Shown here one piece after another: positions 1 through 13,585 of a stretch of 44,345 nucleotides of DNA (its first letter is position 1; the number at the start of each line of letters is the position of its first letter). The notes below the pieces were generated by a model. The model was not told the DNA's origin and ran no database searches. It saw nothing but the letters and a program-made list of their open reading frames with translations. The DNA comes from Jimgerdemannia flammicorona (lineage: Eukaryota), in assembly GCA_003990765.1 (NCBI GenBank), contig RBNJ01000068.1, forward strand, positions 1 through 44,345, in the 5' to 3' direction. The translations under genes and the position numbers were made by a program.

Positions 1-864
1 GCCTCATTCCAACGAATGATGAACTATGTCTACTGGGACCTCATTGGAAGAAATGTACTAGTGTACATAGATGATGTAATCATCTACTCTGAGACATTCA
101 AGCAGCATTTGCAAGACCTCCATGAAGTATTCAATACCATTCGAAATTCAGGACTCAGACTCAATGCCAAGAAGTGCTTTTTTGGAAAACATCAAGTTGA
201 ATATCTGGGATATGTTGTCTCAGCTCAAGGAACACATGCTGACCCCCGCAAGGTAGAGAAAGTCAAGAACTACCCAACCCCAACCTCAGCAAAGGAGACC
301 CTATCTTTCCTTATGCTGGCATCCTACTACCGACGATTCATCCCAAGGTTTTCAGATAAGGCAACACCTCTCCGAGATATCTCCAAGAAGGACCAACCAT
401 TCTACTGGAAAGAAGAACAACAAAAGTCATTTGACCTACTCAAGAAGGCCCTTACCAAAGCCCCTGTCCTGGTGCAACCAGACTTTGGCAAATCATTCAT
501 CCTGGCAACTGATGCCTCGGCCTTAGGACTTGGATCAATTCTGTCTCAGCAAGATGACCAGAAGAGGGAGCATGTTATCCAATATACTAGCAAGGCCACA
601 AATGAAACACAAGCGAACTATGGAGCCACTAAGTTGGAATGCCTAGCCATAGTTTGGACTGTGGACCACTTCCGACACTATCTCTTGGGAAAGAGATTCG
701 CTCTCATCATTGACCATCAAGCTCTATAATGGTTGTTCAATAAGCCGGAGCCCTCAGGAATCTTCGCTAGATGGATCATGTCTCTGCAAGAATACCAGTT
801 CACTATTGTCTACAAGAAAGGTGCTAAGAATTCCAATGTCAATACCCTGTCAAGAATTTCGTGA
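1..864 (+). pseudogene. pol: Gypsy pol: reverse transcriptase and RNase H, premature stop at 727-729
   Basis: YIDDVII, YLGYVVS, ASYYRRFIPRFS, LATDAS, KLECLAIVW. The same frame continues after the TAA as WLFNKPEPSGIFARWIMSLQEYQFTIVYKKGAKNSNVNTLSRIS*. Confidence 0.95.
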
Positions 865-920
865 AACCAACAAGAAGGGAAGGAGCCCCCACAAGAGAAG
901 GCTGCTTCCCGCTCACCCAA

Positions 921-2141
921 ATGAACCAAGAATTGCGCCGCGCCCTCACCTGGAGTCTGCACCATAGAAGCTTCAAAAAAGGAATCCAACCAGCCCACAA
1001 GTTATTTATCCAAAGGAATTTCAAGAAATTCCAAGAAGGCGATGGTGAACTTTGGAGAGTAGAAGGAGAGCAGTACACCCGAGTTCCAAGAGAAGAAGAA
1101 ATATTGAAGATCCTGACAACAAATCATGACCAAAATGCACACCGAGGAATTGGCACCACAATTGCAAGAATCAAAAAGCGATACTGGTAGCCCAAGATGA
1201 GAAAACAAATTTCAATGCACATTCAACAATGTGATACCTGCCAAAGATACCGACAAAAGCCTACCAACAGAGCACCATTAATACTGATCGCAGCACCAGC
1301 TGGAGCCTTTCAAAGACTGAGAATAGACATTATTGGATCTCTACCAGTAACCAGCTGAGGAAGATGCTACATCCTCACTATCGAAGACCACCTGACAAAA
1401 TGGCCTGAAGCCTTTGCCATTGAGACTGCTGATGCCCAGACAATTATTGGAATCCTGTATGATGAAATTTTCAGCCATCATGGTGTGCCCAAGGAAATCA
1501 TTACAGACCAAGGCCGAGAATTCATCAACCAAGCCATGAAGACCTTTGCGAGCAACTTCAAGATCAAGCTACGACCAATAACGGCCTACCACCCACAGGC
1601 GAATGGACTCACTGAATGAATGAACCAGACTATCAAGCGAGGTCTCAGTAGAACCAGAGATCAACTAAACTGGGATATCTATCTACTGGCAATTCTGTTC
1701 AGCATCCGTACCTCTAAGGCAACCACTACCCAACAGACCCCCTTCTACTTGGTGTATGGCCGAGAAGCACAAGATTCTACTGAACCAGTCCAGCTAGATT
1801 TGCCAAAATGAGTCACAGAAGAGATCACCTGGTTATATGATATATGCCAGCAAGCACGAGGATTTATCGCCAAGGCACAAGAACGCCAAAAGAAGTACTA
1901 TGACCGCAAAGCTGACCTCGAACCCCTGCTCATTGGGCAAAAGGTTCTGGTGTACTGTACCATCATAGAAGGAAATTGGAGTGCCAAGCTTGAACCAAAA
2001 TGGGAAGACCCCTATCTCATACACCAAGTATTCTCGAACCACACTTATCAACTCAAGATCTTGGATGGAGTTATACTCAAGACCAAGATACATCGCAACC
2101 GTATAAGACTCTACTACTCAAGAGAAGCAAAACGCATTTGA
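921..2141 (+). pseudogene. Gypsy integrase (HHCC zinc finger, DDE core, GPY-like module) with in-frame stops
   Basis: HD..AHRG..CDTC, IDIIG, EDHLTKWPEA, ITDQGREF, AYHPQANGLTE, TPFYLVYGREA, PKWEDPY, IHRNRIRLY. Stops are consistent with TGG>TAG and CGA>TGA changes. Confidence 0.93.
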
Positions 2142-2355
2142 ACAATTCTGTTCACTCTGTCTGTGTCGCCTCCGCTGGAGATACGACAGACATTTCACTC
2201 GGAACTCAAGAAAGCCAACAACATTGGAACCAGACTCAAGCCCATCTACATGACAGACATTGTTACTAAGAAATTGCCTCGGATTACAAGTAATACTATT
2301 TCCGATGGGTTCGAACCCCCAGCCGCGACTATGGGAGCCCTTGCCCGAGACAAGG

Positions 2356-3672
2356 ATGGCCAGTCCTCATAAATGTGCCAGCATTCTGCTCATCCCTGGA
2401 GTTAAGACCACCCAACTCTGTGTAACCCTCACCGCCGAGGACGGCTCTAATTTTGCAAGGGGCAGATGTGACATCTACAATTGACTCTGTCCAAATTCGG
2501 AGTACTCTGTGACCACAAGATCAGACAACATTATGGTGCGATAACTGGTGACCAGCCCAATCCGTCAAGTGATTTCACCAAAAGAAGACAAGATGATCCG
2601 AGCCAAAATGAAGACCACGTTATTTAAGGAACCATACTCCGCCTCAGGGATTAGCACCAAAGAACCAAGTACTCACCACACAATGCCTCCCATTTGCTGA
2701 TCCAACCAGACCTCCCACCGCTCTATCCCTTTGCCCGGCCCAATGACTCTGATCTTTGAAGCTATCAAGAAGGCCATCTGGTGCCCAGATACTTCCGAAC
2801 ACTTGAACTTCTACACCGAGGACCTTGGACACTTCATCAACTACCGGTATATAATGATCCAACAGCTCAAAGACACTACTGAACGAATGACCCTCTGACA
2901 TGACTATGAAATCGGACACCGCCTTCGCAATGAGACTCAAGAAGACAACTGGGAAGGCCTCATTACCGAGTTGTTAACCACCAGCCAGCTAATCAAGAGA
3001 GCTCTCCGTGTTCACCAAATCTTCCGCTATATCTCCTGGGCTATAGCACACTTACAAGGAGTGACTGCTGGAAGTCTTACCCGCCTCTCAACTGAAGATG
3101 CAGACTGGATAGAATCTGAAGTAGCCAACTCTATTGGCAGCAACTGTGTCACCGTAGGAAGTCAACAAACCAAACCCACTCAGCCAGGTTTCCACACCAC
3201 CCCACTCCGAGACAACCATCAAGGTCACCTAATGAGTCTTATGGAGATATTTGAAGGACCACCCATTACCATAGAAGTACCCATTGGAGCTACCCCAACC
3301 ACCCACCACCCTGTCAGCCACAATTCACATCTCATCATTTGGGAACCGAATCAAGAAGAAGCCCAAGAGGTCCCCATCTTTAAAGAGGAAGCCCAAGAAC
3401 TCCAAGACCCTGCCTCTGAAGAAACCCCCTCTGATACTGAAACTGACGAGTTTTCAGAAGAAGAAGAGGAGCAACAGAGAGCCTACCAGTCCTCTGTCTG
3501 CATTCAAGCTGTTCAAGGGTTGGAGAATGTTGTTGAAGATGACTGGCCACTTTTCTACCCCCTCACCTCTTGGCCGGCACTCCCCCCCTTTGAGGAGAGA
3601 TATGATGAAGAAGAAATCGCAACCCAGCAAGATTTGCCCACCACGGACGAAGGGTACTACTATTCCCTCTAG
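2356..3672 (+). pseudogene. Extra ORF of the Gypsy element downstream of integrase, unknown function, acidic C-terminus
   Basis: One frame runs from ATG 2356 to TAG 3672. It is interrupted only by TGA/TAA at ~2482, 2542, 2698 and 2896, each revertible to CGA/CAA. It includes listed ORF 2971..3672. Confidence 0.7.
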
Positions 3673-3699
3673 AAGTACCACCCATCAGCTGTGAGAATT

Positions 3700-4644
3700 G
3701 TGCAGCCTTCATGTCAGCAAGTCAGCAAGTCCGAATCCAGCATTACCACCCTCAACATCCATATCCAGCACTAGCACTCATCTTATCCCTATTCGGCACA
3801 AACAATTGTCACACCCGTTTTCAGTGTTGCAATCTCCTACAACCTAATCTGTAGTAAACAATAGCCTGCACCTCACATTGTGCAAGCCAATAGCATAGCG
3901 AAGTTTGCCACAATGTAGTATACCTTAGCCTTAGTCGCACCCCCTCCTCCCCATAGCTAGCAAACTTGTATAAATAACCCATATTCTTAGAGTGAATAAA
4001 CCTCAGTCAACTGGTTTTGAGAAATAACCACTGCCTCCAAGAGACCGGATAAATTCTGAGAACAAGATAACAACCTAGAGCAATGGATCACTCAGAAGTT
4101 TGAGTTAAAGAATTTTCTCTTGCCACAGAAAGAAAACGTTACCCGACCACCGCCATTCGACCGCCGCCATTCGAGATTCAAGACCCCGAAAAGCCAAGGA
4201 ACTCAAGGATACCAGTACAAGACTCACCAGCTAGCAAGAACAACTGTCAAAGACCCAAACGACCGCCAGGAACCTTTCAAGTTAACCAAGACGGATGAGT
4301 GAGCCGTCAACCTCCGTTTTCCCAACCTACTGCGCCATGAACCACTTAAAGCCAAGCCCATCGTTGCCGCATAAATTCGAGTTCACTGTCAAGTTAATCG
4401 CTGCCAGGAAACTTAGCCAGCATAACCGCTACCCTTTTCCACTAAACAATTGAGCCATCGACGTCCCTGAGCCAACAAACAATCGAAGTCCCGCTATTAT
4501 CAATTATCACATGAATTGAACGACCCGTCATGTGACCATCAACCGCAAATGTCACCAAAACCTTCGGTTATATATCGCGCGCTTCACCAAGTGGCACACA
4601 TTGAGCCGTGCAGTTGAAGTTCATTATACATAACCAATGCCACA
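3700..4644 (+). repeat. Probable 3' LTR (left boundary uncertain)
   Basis: Non-coding, with TATAAATA ~3969, AATAAA ~3995 and terminal CA at 4644 abutting host repeat. No clear polypurine tract was seen and the partner LTR is not in the window. Confidence 0.55.
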
Positions 4645-4761
4645 ATAGATTATGAGCTTCTTTCTATATATAATACTTTACACAGTTCTGACATACAGGA
4701 GATTCAGCTCAGCCAAGGTCATATTATGTTTCAGAGACTTGGCTAGGGCACATGCTCTCTT

Positions 4762-4812
<51 letters not shown>

Positions 4813-7455
4813 TACCTCCTCATTGCCAATATTATTCCCTTTAAAATGAACAGAAGATGAGCAAAACATATACAACATGAGCTTTATTCTATCATACAAC
4901 TGTATACAATACTTTACACAGTTCTGATATATCTCAAAGATTTAGCTCAGTCAAGGTTGTGTTCTGCTTCAGAGACTCAGTAGGATATATACTCTCTTGC
5001 TACTAATATCATTCTCTTTAAAATTGAACAGGGAATGAGCGAAAATGTACAGATCATGAGCTTTATTCCATCACATAGCAGTATATAATGTTTTACATAA
5101 TTCTGACATACCTCTGAGAATCAGCTCAGTTAAGGTTGTGTTCTACTTTAAAGACTCAATTAGGGTATATACCACTTCATTATCAATGCTATTCACTTTA
5201 AAAATAAACAAAGAATGAGTGAAAACATACAGATCATAAGCTTCATTCCATCATGTAGCTGTACATAATGCTTTACACAGTTCTGATATACCTCAAAGAT
5301 TCAGCTCTGTTAAGATCATATTCTGCTTCAGAGACTCAGTAGGTATATACCCTCTCATCACTCATGTCATTCCTTTTAAAATTGAACAGGAGATGAGCAA
5401 AAATGTACAGATCGCAAGCTTCATTCTATCATATAGCAGCATACAATATTTCACACAGTTCTGACATACCTCTGAGAATCAGCTTGGTTAAGGTCATGTT
5501 CTGCTTCAAAGACTCAGTTAGGGTGTGTGCCACTTTATCACCAATACTATTCTCTTTAAAAATAAACAGAAAATGAGTGAAAATGTACAAATTATGAGCA
5601 GCTATATACAATGCTTCACACAGTTCTAATATACCTCAGAGATTCAGCTCAGTCAAGGTAGTGTTCTACTTCAGAGGCTCAGCTAGGACACAGTATCATT
5701 CCCATTAAACTCTGCCTTAGAGACTCGGCTAGAGTGCATGCCCCTTGTTGCTAATACTATTCCTAGAGGAGATGAGTGAAAACACACAGATTGTGAGCTC
5801 TATTCCATCATACAGCTGTATACAATGCTTCAAGTAGTTCTGATATATCTCTGAGATTTAGCTCAAATTCTGCTTCAGATACTTGGCTAGAGCACATGCC
5901 CCTCATCACTAATGCTATTCTCATAAGAGATAAGTGAAAATACACAGATCATAAACTTCATTCCATTATATAGTTCTGACATACCTCTAAGATTCAGCTC
6001 ATGTTCTACTTCAGATACTTGGCTAGGGTGTATGCCCCTCATCACTAATGCTATTTTCTTTAAAAATAAACAGGGAATGAGTGAAAACACACAGATTGTA
6101 AGTTTCATTCCATCATATAGCTATATACAATGCTTCATACAGTTCTGATATACCTTGGAGATTCAGCTCAGTCAAAGTCATGTTCTGCTTCAGAGACTTA
6201 GTAGGATATATGTATACCCTCTTACTGCCAATGTCATTCTCTTTAAAATTGAACAGAGAGTGAGTGAAAATGTACAGATTATGAGCTTTATTCCATCATA
6301 TAGCAATACAATGTTTTACATAGTTCTGATATGTATGTCTCTGAGAATCAGCTTGGTCAAGGTCATATTCTACTTCAGAGACTTGGTTAGAGTATATACT
6401 ACTTCATTGTCAATACTATTTCCTTTAAAAATAAACAGGAGATGAGTAAAAATGCACAGATCATGAGCTTTATTCCATCATACAGCTGCACATAATACTT
6501 TACACAGTTCTGATATACCTCAAAGATTCAGCTCAGTCAAGGTCATATTCTGCTTCAGAGACTCAATAGGATACATACCCTCTTGCCATCAATGTCATTC
6601 CCTTTAAAATTGAACAGAGAATGAGTGAAAATATACAGATTGTAAGCTTCATTCCATCACACAGCAGTACACAATGTTTCATACAGTTTGACATACCTCT
6701 GAGAATCAGCTTGGTCAAGGTCATGTTCTGCTTCAGAGACTCAGTTAGGGTGCATGCTACTTCATTACCAATGTTATTCACTTTAAAAATAAACAGGAGA
6801 TGAGTAAAAATATACAGATCATAAGCTTCATTTCATTATGCAGCTGTACACAATGCTTTATATGGTTCTGATATACCTCAGAGATTCAGCTCAGTCAAGG
6901 TTATGTTCTACTTCAGAGGCTTGGCTAAGATATGTACTCCTCACTGCTAGTGTTATTCTTATTAAAATCTACTTTAGAGACTTAGCTAGGGCACATGTCC
7001 CTTGTCACTAATACTATTCCCATAAAAGATGAGAGAAAATGTACAGATCATGAGCTTTATTCCATTATGCAGCTATATACAATGCTTCATATAGTTCTGA
7101 TATACCTCCGAGATTCAGCTTATATTCTGCTTCAGATACTTGGCTAGGGTATATGCCCCTCATTACTAATGCTATTCCCATAGAAGATGAGTGAAAACAC
7201 ATAGATCATAAGCTCTATTCCATCATGCAGCTGCACACAACATACTTCACACAGTTCTGACATACCTCTGAGATTCAGCTCATGTTCTGCTTCAGATACT
7301 TGACTAGGATATACATATACCCTCTTATTGCCAATGTTATAACTTAAAAATAAATCAGAGATGAGGGAAAATGCATAGATCATGAGCTTCTTTCTATCTT
7401 ACAGTTGCACACAATGCTTCACATATGATATACCTTTGAGATTCAGTTTGGTAAA
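4645..7455 (-). pseudogene. LRR exon-intron tandem array 1 (about 16-18 units of ~178 bp), RI/NLRC3-type LRR
   Basis: Minus-strand repeats translate as N.IGDE.A..L.ESLKQN.TLT.L.LR. Each is bounded by TTTTAAAG acceptor and GTATGT/GTATAT donor sequences. Confidence 0.88.
4763..4809 (-). mobile_element. Poly(A)-only retroinsertion with degenerate ~15-bp TSD inside an LRR exon
   Basis: The T-run is flanked by ACATGCTCTCTTGTT and ACATACCTCCTCATT, two decayed copies of the same exon segment. Confidence 0.6.
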
Positions 7456-7484
7456 CCCTTTAAAATTTCTGAATTCCATTTCTC

Positions 7485-7537
<53 letters not shown>

Positions 7538-7599
7538 GTCACTTGGACTTGTCCTTTATTTCATCCATCTATCCTATATAAATACAACAAACCCACCCC

Positions 7600-10500
7600 C
7601 TATCCAATCCCCCTAGGGGGGCCCCTCCCCCCTACCCCTTCTTGATGAAACACTACTCTATCGAATATAATTCTCACCCTCCCACTACTCTGTTCACATA
7701 TCCTTGCCACCAAACTATGCTGCCACTCTCCTGAAGGACCCCAACCTATCCACCATCCAGTCAACAGATCCCCCAACAGCTCCTCCCACCTTATAACCTT
7801 CTCCTGTAGGCTCATCTGCTACCCCTCCTCAAATACAAATAGCCAATGTCCTACCAGACCCACCCAAACTGCTAACACCCACCTGACAGTGAGCCAACTA
7901 TCATCCACCCCCCCCACTAGCCAAGATCTCAAGTCTTCCCAGCAATCCCCTTCACCTACCAGCCTGTGCTCCACACCTAGTCTATTCCCTATTTCAATCC
8001 AAAAGTCCCCCAAAACCTCACACTCTCCCAGCCAATGTTCCGGCATCTGCACCAAACCCCCAGCTTGCCCTATGTTGTAACACTCCTTATAGTCGAAACA
8101 GCCACCATCCACCAGATGCCTGGTGCAGAAATTCAGCATGACATTCCTCTGCAGTATTCACCACCACACCACCCAGAACTTGGGGGGAAGCCACCGCCAC
8201 ACCTCAGCACTCCAAGATCAGATATCTGCCCAGTCCCACTCCTCGCTGATCCTGACTGCCTGCCAACCACTCGGCCAAAGGTCCCAGCCAAGACCCTGCT
8301 GACACTCTACTCCATCCCCAATATCAAAAGCAATAAGTAGAGTACCCTCCAGAAGCAGTCTATTCCATTGCTACATATGAGGACCCCACAATACCTCCCC
8401 CTCATTGCTCTGCCAGTGCAGACCAATTCTGTACACTCCATCGACCACTCCCCACCAAAAGCCCTTAAATCATAGCTGCCGAATTCCATTGAGCCCTACT
8501 AAAGAGAGTAGATCTCCTGAGGACCCTTAGGGGGAGGTTCTCATCTCCCACACCTTCTGCATCAGAAGTACCCAACCCCCTCCCTGTAGTTCAGCTGCTC
8601 TCTTCAACCACCAGGCTTGCAAGCAGTGCAATCTCTTAGAGAAATCCACAAGACCAAGACCTCTCCTATCCACCAGTGTCGCAAGAGTATCTCAACTGAT
8701 CTGGGACCTCCTCCCTGCCCAAATCCAATCCCTAGCCACCTTTGTCAGCCTCTTCACCACCCAAGCTGGGAAGTCTAGGTGGTATGCCACATACTATAGC
8801 TTGGGGAACCAGTATGTATTCAGAATTGATACCTGCTCAGCTAGAGAGATATGGTGGCCTCCCCAACCTCAAAGGGCCTCCCCCCAAGTAGCCACCCTGC
8901 TCTCCCACCACACTTGTGGCAAGACGGAACCATATATAGAGAGGAAGATGCCCAGATACTGTACCACCTCACCAGTAGGGACAATTGTTCCAATGATGTC
9001 CCCACCCACCTGTCCATTCTCTAGCACTATAGTCTCACACTTATGCCAGTTGAGCTTTGCCCCAGAGTGTACCTCATACCATTCCACCATCTCCCTAAGT
9101 GCCTCAACATCTGCTACAGACCCAAGACCAACCACCATATCATCCACAAAGGCCCCCACCTTCCACACTATGCCATAGATAGAGAGCCCCACTACCTTCT
9201 GGTGAATCCTATCCATCAATGGTTCTAATGAGAGAGCATAAAGAATAGGGGACAAGGGGTCCCCCTGAGGAACCCCTCTTCTCAAGGTAAATGCCTGACT
9301 CTGGTGACCATTACACATCAGTGCCACCTGACTACCCTCAAGCAGATTCACCATAGAAGCCCAAAATCCAGGAGGAATTCCAATATGATCCAACATCTTG
9401 CCCAGCCAAACCTGCTGGACCTGGTCATAGGCCTTCTCCTGGTCCAAAAAGACCAACCTTCCATCCAGGCTGCAAGCTCAGGCCTCTTCAATGACACCAT
9501 ATACCCAAGCAGTCCCATCTCTTATAAGCCTGCCTCCAACAAAGCCCCACTGCTCCTCCCCCAACACCCATTGGGCAACCTTCTGCAGCCTTATAACAAC
9601 CATCTTAATTACCATCTTCCTGTCCATGTCTAAAAGTATGATTGGTCACCAGTTCTTCCAGTTTTCTCTCCCCCCCTTGTCTTTGTACAATAAAGCAACC
9701 AGCCCGAGGTCCTGCTCTCCAACCCACTCACCACTCTGAAGAATATGATCACAGAGAGCAGTCATCTCCCCCAGAATGCTGGAGACCTTGACCATCTTCT
9801 TCCAGAAGTCCCACAGTAATCCATCCTCCCCTGGTGCTGTTCCAGTTTTAGTTGCTGCAAGGACACTCTGGACCTCCTCACCTCACACCAGCAAGGCCAA
9901 GTCATCCAGTCCAGCCACCTGCAGCAGTCTCCATTCCCCTAATGCATCTTCAATAGCTGCCTCATCAGCACCCCCTTCATCCTCACTCCACAAACCCTGC
10001 CATCTCTCTTTCAAAACCTCTAGGATTTGTTGTGTGCTGTGTACCATGTCCCCATCAGTATTGAGGACTCCATCCTACCAATGTCTCACCCTCCTAGCAT
10101 TGAGCAGATGGGATAAATATCTAGTAGGCTGCTCACCCTCCTCAAGCCCCTGCCACCATAGCCTAGCAGCCATACCTCACATATGCACCTCCTCCTCTTC
10201 TCTCAGCACCTGTTACAGTTCCAATATCTCCAATTTAATCTGTGCTAACCTTCAATCCTCCACCCCATCAGAAGTAAGCAAACCTGCCCAATCCATTTGC
10301 AATCTTCTCAGCCTGCTGGAAGCATACCTTGTGTGCTTCCTCTTCTATCTCCCAGCTTCTCTCCCAGCCTCTCCCCAATAGACCCTCATAGTCTCTTTCA
10401 ATCTCATCTACTGGACACCCACTGACAAACCCTCACACCTCCAGTGAGAAACTTTTGCCTGAATGTCCTCTACCCATGAATCCCACAACCCCTTTTCAGC

Positions 10501-11259
10501 CAGCAGGGAGGAGTTGAGGCACCAATGTCCAGGTCCATCTCTACTCCCCCCAAACTGCCCCTGTCCTAACAGTCCCCAGTGATCAGACCATGGGTACCAT
10601 TCCACCTCCAATATCTTCCAGACATCAGACCCCCAGTATTCTGCCATCAGAATCCAGTCAATCCTTGTACCCAAGCCATTCACCCAATGCATGTAGACCC
10701 TGGAGTTGCCCCATTATGTTCTACCCATATCTCCTAAGGAGCTCAGCCTCTCCACCTCCTCCCATGTATCCAGGCCTCCACTTCTCCCTCCTGCACTCCT
10801 CCCACCATCAGTGCAGTCCAGGTGCTGATCCCAAACCATATTAAAGTCCCCCCCAATCACATCAACCCCTTCTGCTAAGAGAACACCCTCCTCTAGCAGC
10901 TCCTCAATCCATACAATCCTCTCACCCCTAACTGCAGGGCAGTAGCAAGAGCCAACCCTCACTGACTCCCACCCTGGCCACTGTCAATCTCTCCAGACCA
11001 AGCAGTCACCCCAGCTCCTGATTCCCTCCAAGTCACCTCTACCCTTCCTAACCAGAATCGCCACTTTTCCAAACCAAGCAGTAGCCCCACCCCATTCCTT
11101 AGTCCACTTCATTCAATCATCCTCATCCTCACACTGAACATCCTATAGTAAAAAGAGATCAGCCTCCAATTCCTTGAGCCAAGTAAAAATGTTCTTATAC
11201 TGTCCAGAACCCCTCAACCCATTTACATTCAAAGAGAAAATATTAGTTGTACTGTTCAT
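7600..11259 (-). pseudogene. LINE ORF2: AP endonuclease, reverse transcriptase, C-terminal Cys/His motif
   Basis: MNSTTNIFSLNVNGLRG, IGGDFN, RIDWIL, WSDH, FLDQEKAYD, RRGVPQGDPLSP, AFVDD, CFDYKEC..PEHWLGEC. Many stops. Confidence 0.93.
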
Positions 11260-11292
11260 AAGGAATAATATTAAAAAAAGTAATCCCATCCT

Positions 11293-13309
11293 CTATAAGT
11301 CCACATCCAGCTCCTCCTGCACCAAGTCCAATTTATGTTCAGCAGCTAGTTCCCTTTCCCCAGCTTCTTGTGCCTCCAACCCTCACAGAAGTTCTACCAT
11401 CACCTCATCTTCCCTCTTCTCAAATTCCTCTCGATACTCTAAACAGGCCTCCCTCCAGAGCTACAAACCATGTCGCTCAGCCCAGCAGTATGTTGCCTGC
11501 TCACCTGCAGCCACCACCAGCTCTGCCTTCCTTACCTCATTGACTTCATATCCCTCCTCCTTTAAGAGGATCACAAGAATCTCCCCCCTCAGTGCCTCCA
11601 CTACTCCCTCACCATGCAGAATCCACTCCCAGTGCTCCTCAGGCATAACCTGTAGGTCCACTTCTCCCAATGCATCAGCCACAAGGGTATCCATCACCTT
11701 GCTCATCCACAGCAAGTTTCCTACCTCCTTCCCTCCTGGAGTCCCTGGCCATCCTGCATCCAATATCGTGGTGTCAGCACCCACACTGGCAGCCTCATCC
11801 CACTCCTCCTCAGGGACATCCACTAGCTCATCCTTGCCAGCTACCACCACCTGGCCCCCTTTTGCCACATCAGGGACCCCAAAATGCACTCACTGGGCCC
11901 CCTTCATCAGCACATCCTCTGACATTCTTCTCTTTGCAGCTGGGTCCCTTCTGATCAGAGGAGGGGGGGTGGAGTTCAATTCTGGCTCCCAGACCTCAAA
12001 GGTGCTATCAGTAAAAGGGTTCTTGCTCAGCACCTCCCCATCTCCTTCCTTGCCTACCTCCACCTCCCCTACCCCTTTACTAGCCCAGATACTGGCTTCG
12101 ACACCCCCAGACACCTCAGCCCCAACTGCCATCTTCTTTGTCTCAACTATCATACTCGCCAGTAGCTCCCTCTGCCTCCTACACCCCTGTGCCTGCTCCC
12201 ATGCCCTTTGTCCATGTGGATACACTTCCCCTCCACAACCTCCAGATGCATCAACTCCTCATACATCTTTCAGGCCCTTGCCCTCCTCTCCATAGCTCCA
12301 CTCATCTCCTCCAGTACCTCTAACAAGTCCTCCTCCTCCTCCTCACTCCTCTTTACCCTCAACACCCTACAGATGAATGCCCCCCATATCAGCACAGAAG
12401 ACCAGCCACTTGCCTTCCCCATGGCCTCCTTTCCTGCCAGCCAAATCCTGACATCAATGTCACCCATCCTGATTGTTGTTCCCTTCCACATCTAAAAGCC
12501 AATATCTACCATGTCACTATACTCAATCATCACCTCCTCTACCCTCTTCCTAGTCTCCTCCTTAGTCACTGTGGGCACCCCCTTTACCAGAAGCTGCACC
12601 ACTCTGGGGTCTCATCACAAGCACTACACCATGGAGACCATCACCTCTCCAACCACAACTCCAGTCTTCAGTACCTCATCCAGTGGACTGGCCTCCTCAA
12701 AGCCCACCTCGACCCCCTCCAGACCCTTCAAGAACTTCACTGAGGCTGCCCCAGCCACCTGCTTTGAAACAAGCCCCAGAACCATCCTTGCTGTTACCAC
12801 CAAGCCCCAGAAGCACAAGGTTACCACAAACTCTGAGATTGACTTCTTGAGCAACGGAGTCACCGCCAGTCCCATTACACCATCTGCCAGGTCCCCCTTC
12901 CACATTGGGAACCCCTGCTCTACCTGACAATCAGCCATCACATCTCTTTTTTTTTTCTGATTCCCCATCATACTCCCATCAACAGTCACATCCCCAGCCA
13001 CAGCTCCTCCAGCCCCTACGTCTGCACTCCCAGCTAGAGTACTGCCCCCTCTCCCAAGACTCATCTTGCCCTTCCCCTCAGCAGCACCAGCTCTATTACC
13101 AGCTGGCCACCCACTCTCCTTAACTTTGTCTGTGAAGCTTGGGAGACCAGATCTTCCCCCATTGCCACTGGTTACTGGTCTCTCTCTAGAGCCTTCTCCA
13201 TTCTTTGATCCTCCGAAGGCCCCCATCCTCAGGTCATAACCCCTTCCCACCTGCTGCCAGTTGAAGACCCTAGATCCACCTGACCTAGTACATGCACCTA
13301 TATGGTCAT
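11293..13309 (-). pseudogene. LINE ORF1 (Gly/Glu-rich), boundaries approximate
   Basis: ORF fragments 12624..13250, 12270..12491, 11890..12225 and 11461..11889 lie upstream of ORF2 and match fragments in copy B (VKFLKGLEGVEVGFEE, GKEVGNLLWM). Confidence 0.8.
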
Positions 13310-13585
13310 TGCTCTCTATGTTGCTAGTTGCTTTTTACCAAAAAACATTGTTGAAAGTATTGTCTGAGTCTTATATCATCTGAATGTTACTGGTGAAAGG
13401 TGTGTATGCCATTTCTCATTCTTGTTCATCTCTTATCCTCTATTATTAATTGTTATTTATTCTTTATATTTTATTCAATTATTCAACTATATTATATCCT
13501 GTTGTCTATTAATTGTCTATCTGTATTCATCTCTATTATATATATGTATTTAATTCTGTCTCTCATTTCCTCATTCATCTCTCTA

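Larger units (their letters stand above)
1..4644 (+). mobile_element. Ty3/Gypsy LTR retrotransposon, 3' portion (RT-RNaseH, integrase, extra ORF, 3' LTR); 5' part outside window
   Basis: Domain order RT, RNaseH, IN. Element sequence ends in ...GCCACA at 4644, and LRR-array intron sequence (ATAGATTATGAGCTTC) resumes at 4645. Confidence 0.93.
7489..13408 (-). mobile_element. Full-length decayed L1/Tx1-like LINE (copy A)
   Basis: Poly(A) tail at 7489-7533. TSD CCATTTCTCAT(C/T)CTT at 7476-7490 and 13409-13423. Contains ORF1 plus APE-RT ORF2. Confidence 0.95.

Noticed and set aside
7452-7488. Left TIR of the Harbinger element
   Set aside because: No matching inverted end was found near 17350-17800, and part of it resembles an LRR intron acceptor.
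11174-12295. 373-aa Ser-rich + strand ORF and similar ORFs within the LINEs
   Set aside because: These are antisense shadows of the G-rich LINE ORFs.
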